From IMG/VR virus record IMGVR_UViG_3300024999_000048, positions 1 to 64,000 of that record: a DNA stretch of 64,000 nucleotides; one strand, given 5' to 3'. The notes under the pieces were generated by a model. That model searched no databases. It worked only from the letters and a program-made list of their open reading frames with translations, and had not been told where the DNA came from. Origin of the DNA: a virus. Below are positions 48,612-59,526 of this stretch, one piece after another (the stretch's first letter is position 1; every line of letters begins with the position of its first letter). Made by a program: the position numbers and the translations under genes.

Positions 48612-50972
48612 TCAAATCATATTATTCTTCAAATGGAATTAGAGGAGGAAGTAAAATGTATAAATATATTGGTGAACCTAAAACTGAATCTGAGCAAGAA
48701 GTTATGTGGAAAACAGCAGCAATATTAAGAAGTTTTATGTCTTTAGAAGATTCAGAACAACTAGAAAAGAAATTTATATTATATAGAGATGAACACTCTG
48801 CAAACAATGAAGAGTTTGAACCTTGGTATGTTTGGTTTATGAAGCAAATTGATATTAATGTGACGATGAAAATTTAATATTAGTACGTTGAAAGTGTGGA
48901 TTGATGGGATATTAGAAAGGAATGAATAATATGAAATTTATTGCTAATGTTTTAGTTAAAATTGAAGTTGAAGCAGATACAGAAGAATTTGCAAAAGAAT
49001 TATTATCCGAACAATTAGTTAATCTTAATATTGGTTCTTTAGGTTATCATGCTGATCATGAAGATTATTCATTACAAACTATTGGGAGAAGAGTAATGAG
49101 TATACAAAATGACAATGTAAGATTTGTGCTAAAAGCAAAAGATTCTGGACTGTATTTAAAATCAAGTGAACATGGAATCAATTCCTATACAGATAATATT
49201 AGTTTAGCTTTTGTGTGGAAATGTAACACTAGTATTTCTGAATTAAAAATTGATGAAGATATGTATGAAATATTTGTAATTTAGTATTAAAAGGAGTTGA
49301 AAACAATGGCATCAATCACTCTTAAAAACATAGCAGAGCATATTATGCTAGGAAATGCTAAAACAAGTGAAGAATTTAATGAAAAGATTAAAGGCCAATG
49401 GGAATACAGGAGCAGTAAAAGTATTTCTGATGTTAATTTGGCTGTAGAAAATGGATTAAAATTAGGTAAAGGTAAGGTAGAAAGAGAAATTGAATGTATT
49501 GCTATGTACTTGGAGAGTGTTTTGAAGAAGGTTAAGGTTGTAAAGAAAGAAAAAGTTAGTAAGAAGGAGAGTGTTAAAGATGTTGAAATTTAAATGGAAA
49601 GATGGATTATATTTGACGGTAGTAAAAGAAGAAACAGGATTTCATATTTCAGTTATCAACAATGATAATGAAGAGGTAGATGGTTATATTAATCCCTTTT
49701 CAACTTTTAAAGATGCTAAAACAGCATGTGAAATTTTGTCTAGTGAAATATGTTAATAATTTAAAGGAGATGATTAATATATGAATTATCCAGAAGCATG
49801 GGATGAATTAAGAGATAAACTTTATAAAACTAGACAATCTTTAAACGGATTGGTAAGAGAAATAGAATATCCTGCTCTTGATAATTATAAACGGCTAAGT
49901 AGTAAAAGAGAAGGTATTGATTTAGCAATAGGCTATATGATTGATATCGAGAAAATTATTGGAAAGTAAATTTAAATTATTAGGAGGAATTAAAAAATGG
50001 AAAAGACAAGAATTATTGAATACAAGTATGATGAAAACGACATTAAGACTATTAGAACAAAGTTAATTGATTTTTATATATGATTAGTAATAAAAATTCA
50101 GAGGCAGAAATAATAGAAGATAGGATTAGAGAGTTAATGGATGAATATTTTGATTTATAAACCACTTCAACATCTAGTTTTATTCTAAGAAAGGAAATGA
50201 TATAATGGCATTATTCACTAATCAACCAATGTTTTGTCCAATTTGTGGAGTACAATTTATGTATGATTTTAATTATCATGGCATTCCTGTTTGTGATAAA
50301 GAATGTTGGGAAGAATATCAAAGGAGAAAGTCTTTAAGTATAATGGGTGAGAAATATTATGTAAAGGTTAATTAAAGGAGAGTGCTAAACGTTGGAAAAT
50401 GAGTATGTTTTGGTATATGAACACAAAGGTGTTGATATTTACACTTTAAAAATAGCAAACCCATCTAAAGGAGATAGTTTTAAATATTTTACTTTTAATA
50501 AAACTATTCTAGGGAAACAAGAATTTGATACTATCCAAGAAGTAATAGATGCTATTGACAGGTAATTTATAATACTATGAATCGAGGATTTGAAGGCAAA
50601 TAAAATGTATTAGGAGTTTTATTATGAAGTCATTTAGTGATTTTAAGAAGGAATATTTTGATAATGTGGATAATAGTCATACATTTGCAATATTTAACAA
50701 AAGCACGAATAAGTTTTTACAATACTATGAAATTGTAAAAGACAATGCAAATTATAAGTATCGTATATTTGTAATTCCGCTATCCTTTATTAGACCAGAA
50801 TCATTTGATTCTCAAATAGAAGCTGAAGAATGGATAAAACAAAAAGATGTTATTATTTCTAAAAAAGCATTTTTGTCATATAGTTTAGAAAAAATTGAAG
50901 AGTAGTCCTGCGAAACTAAGATTCTATGCCATTATCCAATATATTAATAAATAAAATAAAGGAGATTAAAAA

Positions 50973-51740
50973 TTGAGAGGACAAAAGATTCCATATCAAG
51001 AAAATCACAGAATAACCAATGAAGGAGAAATACAAAAGAAATGCAACAAACACCATATTTTATTTCCAAATGAAGATCCATGGATGTCTTGCACTGAAGA
51101 ATATTTTTATAAGACAGCTCATAATAAGAGAGATGGATTACGCCCAGATTGTAAGGAATGTACAAAAATAAACTCTTCAAAATGGTTAGATGAAAATAAA
51201 GATATTAGAAAAGTAGCGAATGCTACTTATGCACAAAAACCAAAAGTTAAAAAGAAACGACAAATTAGAGATAAAAAGAGACATTCCGATGGGTATTTTA
51301 GTAAATATCAACAAGATCATAAAGAACAGATTGGTAAATATTCTAAGTATAAACAAATGAATGCGACACACAACATAAATAAAGTCGAATGGGAATCTTG
51401 TTTAAAATATTTTGATTATAGTTGTGCGTATTGTGGACTTAAGTTAAAAGATCATTATAATATGTTTAAAGGTGAACTAAGGTGGGAGATGTTACATAAA
51501 GAGCACGTTATACATAATGGTAGTAATAGGTTAGATAATTGTGCTCCTGCATGTAAGTCGTGCAATAGTCAAAAATGGGAATTCGAGTTTGACAAATGGT
51601 ATAAAAATAATATAAACTATACTCAAGAGAGATATGATAAAATTAATCAATGGTTAAATGAAGATCATAAACTTTACATACAAGATGAGAAAACAAAGAA
51701 GAAATATAAATGGAAAGTACGTAATCCGATAAACCTTTGA
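50973..51740 (+). CDS. HNH endonuclease, paralog of 2132..3031
   Basis: CNKHH..FP.ED.W, DGL.P.CK.C, CAYCG, HKEH, N..PAC..CN..K. Confidence 0.8.
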   Translation: MRGQKIPYQENHRITNEGEIQKKCNKHHILFPNEDPWMSCTEEYFYKTAHNKRDGLRPDCKECTKINSSKWLDENKDIRKVANATYAQKPKVKKKRQIRDKKRHSDGYFSKYQQDHKEQIGKYSKYKQMNATHNINKVEWESCLKYFDYSCAYCGLKLKDHYNMFKGELRWEMLHKEHVIHNGSNRLDNCAPACKSCNSQKWEFEFDKWYKNNINYTQERYDKINQWLNEDHKLYIQDEKTKKKYKWKVRNPINL

Positions 51741-52592
51741 TTTCGATGGTTAGGAGGTAAAATTATGAGAGTTAAATTTAATAATAAAATGTATTTATGT
51801 ACAAAAGTTACGCATACTCCGTATAGCAAACTATTATTATTTACTACATTAAATGGAGTGTATACTGTTGATATGAAATCATTAGAAAATGCAGAATCTT
51901 ATTATGAAGACATTTTTATTAAAGGATATTGCGATGTCTCTGATTTTGAATATAGTAATTAATAAAATACTCAATTGATTGGAGAATATATAAATGGATT
52001 TACTATGTAATAGTATTACAAAATGTTATCATCAAAACTATAATGCAAAATTACAAATTATGACTTGTAGATGGGATTGTGCAGAAGATTGTTCTCATTG
52101 CATTAAGAATGAATCAATTTCAATGTGGAAAGAGCAACTTAAAAAAGTAGAACAATGTCCACAAAGACAAGATTCTTTGGTGGAGCAAATGTATGATCTA
52201 CATGCGATTGCTAATAAATTCGGATTATATGATGCAGCAGATTCAATTAAACGAAGATTTATGGAGAAATAATTTTAAGAAAAGGAGATAAATTATGCCA
52301 AGAAAATTTGATGTAAACAATATCAATCTACAAATTGACAACATAGATTTCTGGAGTCCTCATGAGGGAAATAAAGGTGGAATGAGAATCTATTGGAGTG
52401 CTGATATTGGATTTGGGCAATTTGATATTGTTAAACGTAGTGGAAATGACGGAGAGGACTATGATAGTCCAGAAGAAGAATTAATATTAATTGTCGATAC
52501 TGAGAGAATGGATCATGGGGATGATAAGGAATTTACTCAAAAGATTTTGAGTTTATTGGTTGAGAAGTTGAAAGTTACTGGATAAATTATAT

Positions 52593-52621
52593 TTGACTTT
52601 ATTTTACTAGTATGTTACTAT
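52593..52621 (+). promoter_or_regulatory. SigmaA-type promoter
   Basis: TTGACT-17 nt-TACTAT with extended TG. Confidence 0.5.
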
Positions 52622-52899
52622 GAATATATAAATAAAATATTAGGAGTGATACATAAAATGGCAAAAGCAGAAAAGAGATTAAAAAATATAAAAAGTGTTG
52701 AATTACATATTTGTCCCATCTGTAATAGTAAAAATATAAATAAAGTCGAGTTAAACGAGTATTATTGTATGGATTGTTGTATTGAAATACGAGATGGCAA
52801 ACCTTTCACAATTCAATATAGTGGAGAATTAGTTCCTTATTATGTAAATGAATTCATGGATTGCGGATAGAAGGATAGGAGGATAGGAGGATAAATAAA

Positions 52900-53583
52900 A
52901 TGATATTTATTAGTGGTGACACTCATGGAAGTATGGGCATGTCAAGATTTAATATGAAAAACTTCCCTCTTCAAAAAGAACTGACTAAAAACGATTATAT
53001 GATTATTACAGGTGATTTTGGTTTAGTATTTTCATTAGACAAAGAAGAGGAGTATTGGTTAAACTGGTTACATAAGAAAAATTATGTTAGTTTATGGATA
53101 GATGGAAACCATGAGAACCATTCAATGCTAGATAAGATGCCAGTCTCAATATGGAACGGTGGGAAAGTACATTTTATTAACGATAGTGTAATACATCTAA
53201 TGCGTGGACAGGTATTTAATATCAATGGAACAAAAATATTTACTTTTGGTGGAGCTGACTCAATTGATAAAGCAAATAGGACGGAGGGTAAATCATGGTG
53301 GAAAAGAGAAATGCCATCTAATGCTGAGTATGAGGAGGGTTTAGATAATTTAGATAAGTGTGACTGGAAAATCGATCTTGTTATTTCACATGATTGCTCT
53401 ACAAGAGTTTTTGAGAAACTAATGGCAGGACTATGGGTAAAGAGTTTAACTTCCATTAACAAGTATTTTGAGGTCTTAGAAGAGAAGTTAGATTATAGGC
53501 AATGGTATTTTGGACATTATCACGAGGATAGATGGATTGATGATAAACATAGGTTGATTTATCATAATGTTGAATTGTTATAA
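52900..53583 (+). CDS. Calcineurin-like metallophosphoesterase
   Basis: GDTHG, GDFG, DGNHEN, SH and FGHYH motifs. Confidence 0.9.
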   Translation: MIFISGDTHGSMGMSRFNMKNFPLQKELTKNDYMIITGDFGLVFSLDKEEEYWLNWLHKKNYVSLWIDGNHENHSMLDKMPVSIWNGGKVHFINDSVIHLMRGQVFNINGTKIFTFGGADSIDKANRTEGKSWWKREMPSNAEYEEGLDNLDKCDWKIDLVISHDCSTRVFEKLMAGLWVKSLTSINKYFEVLEEKLDYRQWYFGHYHEDRWIDDKHRLIYHNVELL

Positions 53584-53600
53584 GGAGGTAAATATAAAAT

Positions 53601-54110
53601 ATGATTAATGAATTTAAAGGCAAATACTATTTTTTATCTAATTTCTATACTGCTCCAGTAGAATATGAAGGACTATTATATCAAAATAATGAATCTGCTT
53701 TCCAATCAGCAAAGGTTATAGATATTGAAAGACGAAAACAATTCTGCAATATAGATCCTTCTACATCTAAAAGAAAAGGTAGGAATGTTACTCTAAGGCA
53801 TGATTGGGAGAAGATTAAGGATAAAGTTATGGAAGATTGTATTAGAGATAAATTTACAAGGAATGAGGAATTAAAACAGAGATTAATTAATACTGGCAAG
53901 AAAGAATTGGTTGAAGGAAATACGTGGAATGATATCTATTGGGGAATATGTCGTGGCAGAGGTAAGAATATGTTAGGTAAGATTCTTATGAAAGTTAGAG
54001 CAGAATTACAAGAGCAAGAAGTATCTGATTGTTATGGAACTTGGAATAATTTATGCGATAAAGAATATTGTTCTGGTTGGGATAGATGTAAAGAGATAAG
54101 CAAATCCTAG
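53601..54110 (+). CDS. NADAR (YbiA-like) family protein
   Basis: FLSNFY..P..Y.G..Y...E.AFQ..K...W...K...M...KF...LVEG..W.D.YWG...G.N.LG.ILM.VR. Confidence 0.9.
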   Translation: MINEFKGKYYFLSNFYTAPVEYEGLLYQNNESAFQSAKVIDIERRKQFCNIDPSTSKRKGRNVTLRHDWEKIKDKVMEDCIRDKFTRNEELKQRLINTGKKELVEGNTWNDIYWGICRGRGKNMLGKILMKVRAELQEQEVSDCYGTWNNLCDKEYCSGWDRCKEISKS

Positions 54111-54152
54111 CAAACAAATATTTTAAAGGATATTTAAGGAGGAAGATAAATT

Positions 54153-54935
54153 ATGAGTAAAGATTCATTAGGCGACCGTATGAAGGGTTACGAAAATGTT
54201 GAGCGTAAATATTTAACTAAGAGACTCCCTTGTTTGCTTAGGATTGATGGTAAGGCGTTCCACTCATTTACTAAAGGATTTCAAAAACCATTCGACAAGG
54301 TATTGATGAAAACTATGTGGGATACTGCAAAATATCTTTGTGAAAATGTTATGGGATGTAAGATTGCTTATACTCAAAGTGATGAAATTACTTTACTACT
54401 TACCGATTATGATTCTCTTACAACTCAAGCATGGTTTGATAAAAACATTCAGAAAATGGTCTCTGTTTCTGCAAGCATGGCAACATTAGCCTTTAATAAG
54501 TCATTTTTTCAAAATTTAGATATATTTATAGACGAATATGAAGACACAGAAGAAAACACAAAATTAGCTAATAAATATTTGTCAAGAATCAATACAGCAA
54601 TGTTTGATAGTCGAGCTTTTAGTATCCCAAAAGAAGAAGTTTGTAATGCTTTCGTATGGAGACAACAAGACGCTACTAGAAATTCTATTGAGATGGTAGG
54701 TAGATATCATTTTGGAGATAAGAGATTATTCAAAGTTAATAATAATCAAATTCAAGAAATGTTGTTTCAAGAAAAGGAAATTAATTTTAATGATTTGCCA
54801 ACTTATCAAAAACGTGGAGTGTGTATTATAAAAGAGCAATATGATAAAGATGGAACTATGCGTACTAGATGGGTAATTGATGAGGATATTCCTATTTTTA
54901 CACAGGATAGAGATTATATTGAGAAGTATTTGTAA
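54153..54935 (+). CDS. tRNA(His) guanylyltransferase Thg1-like protein (3'-5' polymerase)
   Basis: DRMK.YE, RIDGKAFH.FT, YTQSDEI, FD.R.F, WRQ.D..RNS motifs. Confidence 0.92.
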   Translation: MSKDSLGDRMKGYENVERKYLTKRLPCLLRIDGKAFHSFTKGFQKPFDKVLMKTMWDTAKYLCENVMGCKIAYTQSDEITLLLTDYDSLTTQAWFDKNIQKMVSVSASMATLAFNKSFFQNLDIFIDEYEDTEENTKLANKYLSRINTAMFDSRAFSIPKEEVCNAFVWRQQDATRNSIEMVGRYHFGDKRLFKVNNNQIQEMLFQEKEINFNDLPTYQKRGVCIIKEQYDKDGTMRTRWVIDEDIPIFTQDRDYIEKYL

Positions 54936-55552
54936 AAGGAGATAATAAATAATGAATATTTATATTGGTATATATGACGAAAGTAATATAGAATTTCATT
55001 GTATAAAAATTCCAGCTATTGATTATTCAGTAGCATATAAAAAATTTATTAAATATCTAAAAAATAATATTAATAGTATATTGATTGAGGACAATATTTA
55101 CATAATAGAATCATGGTTACTAAAAAGCATTTAAAATATTGTTTTCGAGGTATTTAGAGAGGAGATAAAGTAATGAAAGATAGACAATATATTGATCAAC
55201 TTTTCACCACAGATGGGTTTGAAAATGTATTAAAAGCAATAGATGCAATGCATCCAATTGTAAAAGAAATTCAAGTATTTAAACAAGGGTATGATGTTAT
55301 TATGAAGAATATTGTGTCTATCAAGATAAAGGATGAACACGCTGAACATCTTAAATGTCAGGGTTATTTCTCAGATTTTAATGGTATTGAAATTTTAGTA
55401 GTAGAGGAAAGGGATATGGAAATTAATCAAGGTAAAATTATTTATAGTGATGGAAGTAGCAAAATAATTGATATTTATAAACCTTAATGTACACAAGGAG
55501 AGGATATAATTGGCAAAATATAGTAAAAAGTCCACAATACAAGGACACAAAT

Positions 55553-55578
55553 TACGTTAAAATGTGGGTTTTAACGGA
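55553..55578. repeat. Palindromic boundary site TACGTTAAAA-TGTGGG-TTTTAACGGA
   Basis: 9 of 10 arm positions are symmetric; lies immediately upstream of the RNA ligase operon. Confidence 0.8.
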
Positions 55579-55615
55579 TGTAATAAATAAAATAAAAGAG
55601 AGGGCGTAATAAATA

Positions 55616-56920
55616 ATGAGTTATAATGGATACATAACTAAAATTAAAAATATGAGAAAACATTCTAATGCGGATAGACTTCAAGTAGGAGAGTGCTTTG
55701 GTAATTTTGTGATAGTTGGTCTAGATACAAAAGAAGGAGAGTTGGGTTGTTATTTTCCAACAGATGGTAGATTAGGAGTTGAATATTGTCAAGAAAATAA
55801 ATTACTTAGAGAAAGAGATGCTAACGGTAATCAAACAGGTGGATACATGGATGTTGAAAAACGTCAAGTAACTACAATTAATCTTAGGAAAGAAAAATCA
55901 GATGGTTTATTTATGCCATTGAAAAGTCTTGATAAATTTTGTAATATTACTGATCTTAAAGAGGGAGATACAATTACAACTCTTAATGGAGTATTGATTT
56001 GTGAAAAGTATATTCCTAAAGGTAAGAAAAGAAATAATAATCCTACGATACAAGGAAAGAAAAATAAGAAAGTAGAAAAAGATACTTTCCCATTCTTTGC
56101 TGAACATGTTGATACTTCACAGCTTGCTTATAATACGCAACAATTTAGAGAAGGTGATTTGTGTTATATCACTCTAAAAATTCACGGTACATCACAACGC
56201 ACTTCAAATGCAATCAAGGATCAGAAAAAGATTCTTCCATATTGGATACATAAGATTTTGTCGTTTACAAAAATCAAACCTAAATCCAAAAGAACTTGGG
56301 ACTATGTAACAGGTACTAGAAGAGTTATATTAAAAGATTATAATGGTGGATTCTATGGTGACAATGATTTTAGAAAACAATGGCATGATTATTTTGTAGG
56401 CAAATTACATAAAGGAGAATCAATTTATTATGAAGTCGTAGGATATACCAATGGAAATACTACAGTAATGCCAGAATGTAGCAATGCTAAAACAAAAGAT
56501 AAGAAGTTTATTAAAGAATATGGCGAAACTACTAGATTTACATATGGTTGTGGAACAGGACAAAATGATATTTATGTTTATCGTATGACAATGACAAATG
56601 AAGATGGGTTTGTAGTGGAAATGCCTTGGCATCTTGTTAAATTACGCTGTGAACAAATGGGTATTAAATATTGTCCAGAATTTGATAAGTTTGTGTTTAC
56701 AACAAAAGAAGATTTAATGGAGAGAGTTAATAAATATGTTGATGGGGCAGATCCTATTGGTAAGACGCATATTAAAGAGGGCATTGTTGTAAGAATTGAT
56801 AATAAGGAAAAGTTTTCAGCTTATAAACACAAGAGTTTTCATTTTAAAGTATTGGAAGGAATTATTAAATCTGATGATGTTTTAGATATTGAGGAGGAAA
56901 ATAGTGAATACGCTTCATGA
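55616..56920 (+). CDS. ATP-dependent RNA ligase (DRB0094/Rnl2-like, N-terminal OB-like domain)
   Basis: H.NADRL N-terminus; motif I KIHGT, III YYEVVG, IV EGIVVR, V YKHK. Confidence 0.82.
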   Translation: MSYNGYITKIKNMRKHSNADRLQVGECFGNFVIVGLDTKEGELGCYFPTDGRLGVEYCQENKLLRERDANGNQTGGYMDVEKRQVTTINLRKEKSDGLFMPLKSLDKFCNITDLKEGDTITTLNGVLICEKYIPKGKKRNNNPTIQGKKNKKVEKDTFPFFAEHVDTSQLAYNTQQFREGDLCYITLKIHGTSQRTSNAIKDQKKILPYWIHKILSFTKIKPKSKRTWDYVTGTRRVILKDYNGGFYGDNDFRKQWHDYFVGKLHKGESIYYEVVGYTNGNTTVMPECSNAKTKDKKFIKEYGETTRFTYGCGTGQNDIYVYRMTMTNEDGFVVEMPWHLVKLRCEQMGIKYCPEFDKFVFTTKEDLMERVNKYVDGADPIGKTHIKEGIVVRIDNKEKFSAYKHKSFHFKVLEGIIKSDDVLDIEEENSEYAS

Positions 56921-57536
56921 ATTAATCAATAATCCTGAAGTATTAAATATCTATCAATATGGCAGTAGGGTATATAGTTGCTTCACAAATGAATCAGATT
57001 ATGATTATGTAATTGTCGTTACGGACGACTATAAAGAATTTGTAGATAATATAGAATTAGGTGACAATCATTTTAATTTTTATAAGCTATCACAATGGAA
57101 AGATATGATTATTAGGAACACAATTGAAACTCTTGAATGTCTATTTGTAGATGAGAAATTTATTATCAAGGAGTCTGTGAAATTTGATATTATAATCAAT
57201 CAAGTTGAGTTAAGAAAATCAATATCTAAAGTATGTTCTAACTCCTATGACAAATGTAGAAAGAAGTTAATAATTGAGAAAGATTTTGCTCCTTATATTG
57301 CTAAGAAAAGTCTTTGGCATTGTATCAGAATATTATTATTTGGCATTCAATGTGCTAAGTATGGAAAGATTGTGGATTATTCTGAAGCAAATAAATATTA
57401 TAATGATATTGTGCTAAATGAAAGCAGTGAATGGGAATATTATAAATCTAATTGGCATGTGTTCTGTAATAATTTGAGAACTGAATTCAGAAAGTATTCA
57501 GAGAAAGAGTGGATCAAGTGGAAAGAAACAAATTAA
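56889..57536 (+). CDS. Pol-beta superfamily nucleotidyltransferase
   Basis: YGSRVY......SDYDY motif; likely GTG start at 56904. Confidence 0.75.
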   Translation: MRRKIVNTLHELINNPEVLNIYQYGSRVYSCFTNESDYDYVIVVTDDYKEFVDNIELGDNHFNFYKLSQWKDMIIRNTIETLECLFVDEKFIIKESVKFDIIINQVELRKSISKVCSNSYDKCRKKLIIEKDFAPYIAKKSLWHCIRILLFGIQCAKYGKIVDYSEANKYYNDIVLNESSEWEYYKSNWHVFCNNLRTEFRKYSEKEWIKWKETN

Positions 57537-58441
57537 TCATGATGATTGGAATTGTGGCGAGTGGGAAATCATTTTATGCTCAAGAATTAGCACAAAAAGA
57601 AAATGCGGTTATACATTCTTCTGACCAATTAAGAATTGAGTTGTTTGGTGATGTTAATTTTCAGGATAAGAATGGAGAATTATTTGTAGAGTTACACAGA
57701 AGGATTAAAAGTGATTTAAATAAAGGTAAAAATGTACTGTATGACGCTACCAATCTTAATTATAAGAAGCGTAAAGCGTTTCTTGAAGAATTAAAAAAGA
57801 TTGATTGCGTTAAAGAATGTTACTTAGTGGCTACCCCTTATGAGAAATGCTTAGAACAAAACAGACAAAGAGAAAGAAAAGTTCCTGAATTTGTTTTGGA
57901 TAGGATGTATAAGAGTATATTTATACCACAGTTTTATGAAGGGTGGTCGGATATACATATTATATGGAATACAAAGGGCTATAATTTTGATACTAATGAA
58001 TTATTTAATGGTGAAAATGGATTGAATAAAATTGACCAACACAATCCATTTCACACTTTAACTATTGGAAAACATTGTTTAAAATGCTTTCAGATTTGTG
58101 AAGAATTACTTGATGATTTTGAATTAAATATGGCAGCTATGTACCATGACATTGGAAAGAGATATACTAAAGCATTTAAAAACTCTAAGGGTGAAGATAC
58201 TGACACTGCACATTACTATAATCATAATAATGTTTCTGCATATGATAGTCTATTCATTTTTAATAAGCAAGATTTTGATATTGAAACAATTTTACTGATT
58301 ACAAATTACATACAATGGCATATGCAACCTTTCTTCAATAAAGATTCGGAAAAAGCAAAAAATAAGTTTATTAATTTAGTTGGTCAAGAATTTTATGATA
58401 AATTGTTAATTTTGCATGAAGCTGATGTATTGGCAAAATAA
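57509..58441 (+). CDS. Polynucleotide kinase (AAA_33) fused to an HD domain
   Basis: GIVASGKS P-loop, SSD.LR, DATN, R.R.VP; H..TI..H, YHDIGK, H.AD. Confidence 0.85.
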   Translation: MDQVERNKLIMMIGIVASGKSFYAQELAQKENAVIHSSDQLRIELFGDVNFQDKNGELFVELHRRIKSDLNKGKNVLYDATNLNYKKRKAFLEELKKIDCVKECYLVATPYEKCLEQNRQRERKVPEFVLDRMYKSIFIPQFYEGWSDIHIIWNTKGYNFDTNELFNGENGLNKIDQHNPFHTLTIGKHCLKCFQICEELLDDFELNMAAMYHDIGKRYTKAFKNSKGEDTDTAHYYNHNNVSAYDSLFIFNKQDFDIETILLITNYIQWHMQPFFNKDSEKAKNKFINLVGQEFYDKLLILHEADVLAK

Positions 58442-58442
58442 T

Positions 58443-58523
58443 CCAACCTTATAACCCTACTGTAACAAGGGTTTCAAAATCAACGATTCCCATTTTGTCC
58501 CATAAAAATCAAATTTTATGCTT
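58443..58523 (+). repeat. Palindromic site TCCCATAAAA-ATCAAA-TTTTATGCTT with accessory arm
   Basis: CCAACCTTATAACCCTACTGTAACAAGGGTTTCAAAAT, then 7 nt, then a partial arm TCCCATTTTG, then the full site at 58498. Confidence 0.75.
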
Positions 58524-58546
58524 TTTGGAAATTATAAAATAAATAC

Positions 58547-58576
58547 TTGACTTATTATAACTTAATATGATATACT
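58547..58576 (+). promoter_or_regulatory. SigmaA-type promoter
   Basis: TTGACT-18 nt-TATACT with extended TG. Confidence 0.6.
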
Positions 58577-58608
58577 AAATTGAGAAATAATGTTTAAGGA
58601 GATGTAAA

Positions 58609-59508
58609 ATGGTTAAAAATATTAAATGCTTAGAGAGTTCAGAAGGTAATGTTTGGAAATACATATTTGACTTTGGAGATGCTATTGCCGAGGCCGTACT
58701 TTATCGCTATGGAACATTCGAAGAACGAACTGTAATATGTTGCTCTGTGCAGTCTGGATGCCCTGTAGGATGCCAATTCTGCGGTACTGGTAAGCATTTT
58801 GTTCGTAATCTTACTGTAGATGAGATTGTTGGTCAAATTGAATATATACTTAAGGACAAGAATATAGAATCTATTAATACCACTTGTGAAAAGTTTCAAA
58901 TTATGTTTATGAGTATGGGCGAACCAATGCTTAACTGGTATAATGTGAAATATAGTATTCTCCAAATGTATCATGGTTTAAGATGGGGAAATGCTCAATA
59001 TTTGATTTCTACCATTGGAGTAAATGATGATGAGGTTTTTGGTGGATTAATTGAATTATCTAAAGCTGTTCCAAACGTAGGTCTACAATTCTCTATTCAT
59101 CGTGGTTATGAAACAATGAGAGATATCTTAATTCCATTTAAAAATAAAATGAGTTTGAGAAAATTACGTGATGCTGGTATCATATGGTCTGAAGCTACAG
59201 GTAGAAAGGTATTTCTTAATTATTGTGTAACTGATGAGAATTCTTCATTAGATGAACTTGGAAGATTAAAAGATTTATTTACTTCACATAGATTCAATTT
59301 TACATTTAGCACAGTTTGTACAGCAGATGAAACTATGAAACAAGTTGGAATTAGAGATTTAAGTAAGATAGAAAAGGTGGCAGAATCATTTAGTATTGAT
59401 GGATATAATACAAGAGTATTTAATCCTGCAGGTCAAGATGACATTGGAGGTGGTTGTGGTCAATTGTGGTATGTTCAAGAATGGTTAAGTAAATATGAAA
59501 ATAAATAA
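58609..59508 (+). CDS. RlmN/Cfr-family radical SAM RNA methyltransferase-like protein
   Basis: SVQSGCPVGCQFCGTG, FMSMGEP, DIGGGCGQL. Confidence 0.85.
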   Translation: MVKNIKCLESSEGNVWKYIFDFGDAIAEAVLYRYGTFEERTVICCSVQSGCPVGCQFCGTGKHFVRNLTVDEIVGQIEYILKDKNIESINTTCEKFQIMFMSMGEPMLNWYNVKYSILQMYHGLRWGNAQYLISTIGVNDDEVFGGLIELSKAVPNVGLQFSIHRGYETMRDILIPFKNKMSLRKLRDAGIIWSEATGRKVFLNYCVTDENSSLDELGRLKDLFTSHRFNFTFSTVCTADETMKQVGIRDLSKIEKVAESFSIDGYNTRVFNPAGQDDIGGGCGQLWYVQEWLSKYENK

Positions 59509-59526
59509 ATTATAGAAGGTGATAAA

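Noticed and set aside
26955-48630. Weak additional palindrome candidates near 26955, 38296, 44785, 45540, 47084 and 48607
   Set aside because: Only one arm or the core matches, which cannot be told from AT-rich background without a PWM. They are not counted.
52871-52893. Triple AGGATAGG repeat before the phosphoesterase gene
   Set aside because: Most simply a short duplication of the Shine-Dalgarno region.
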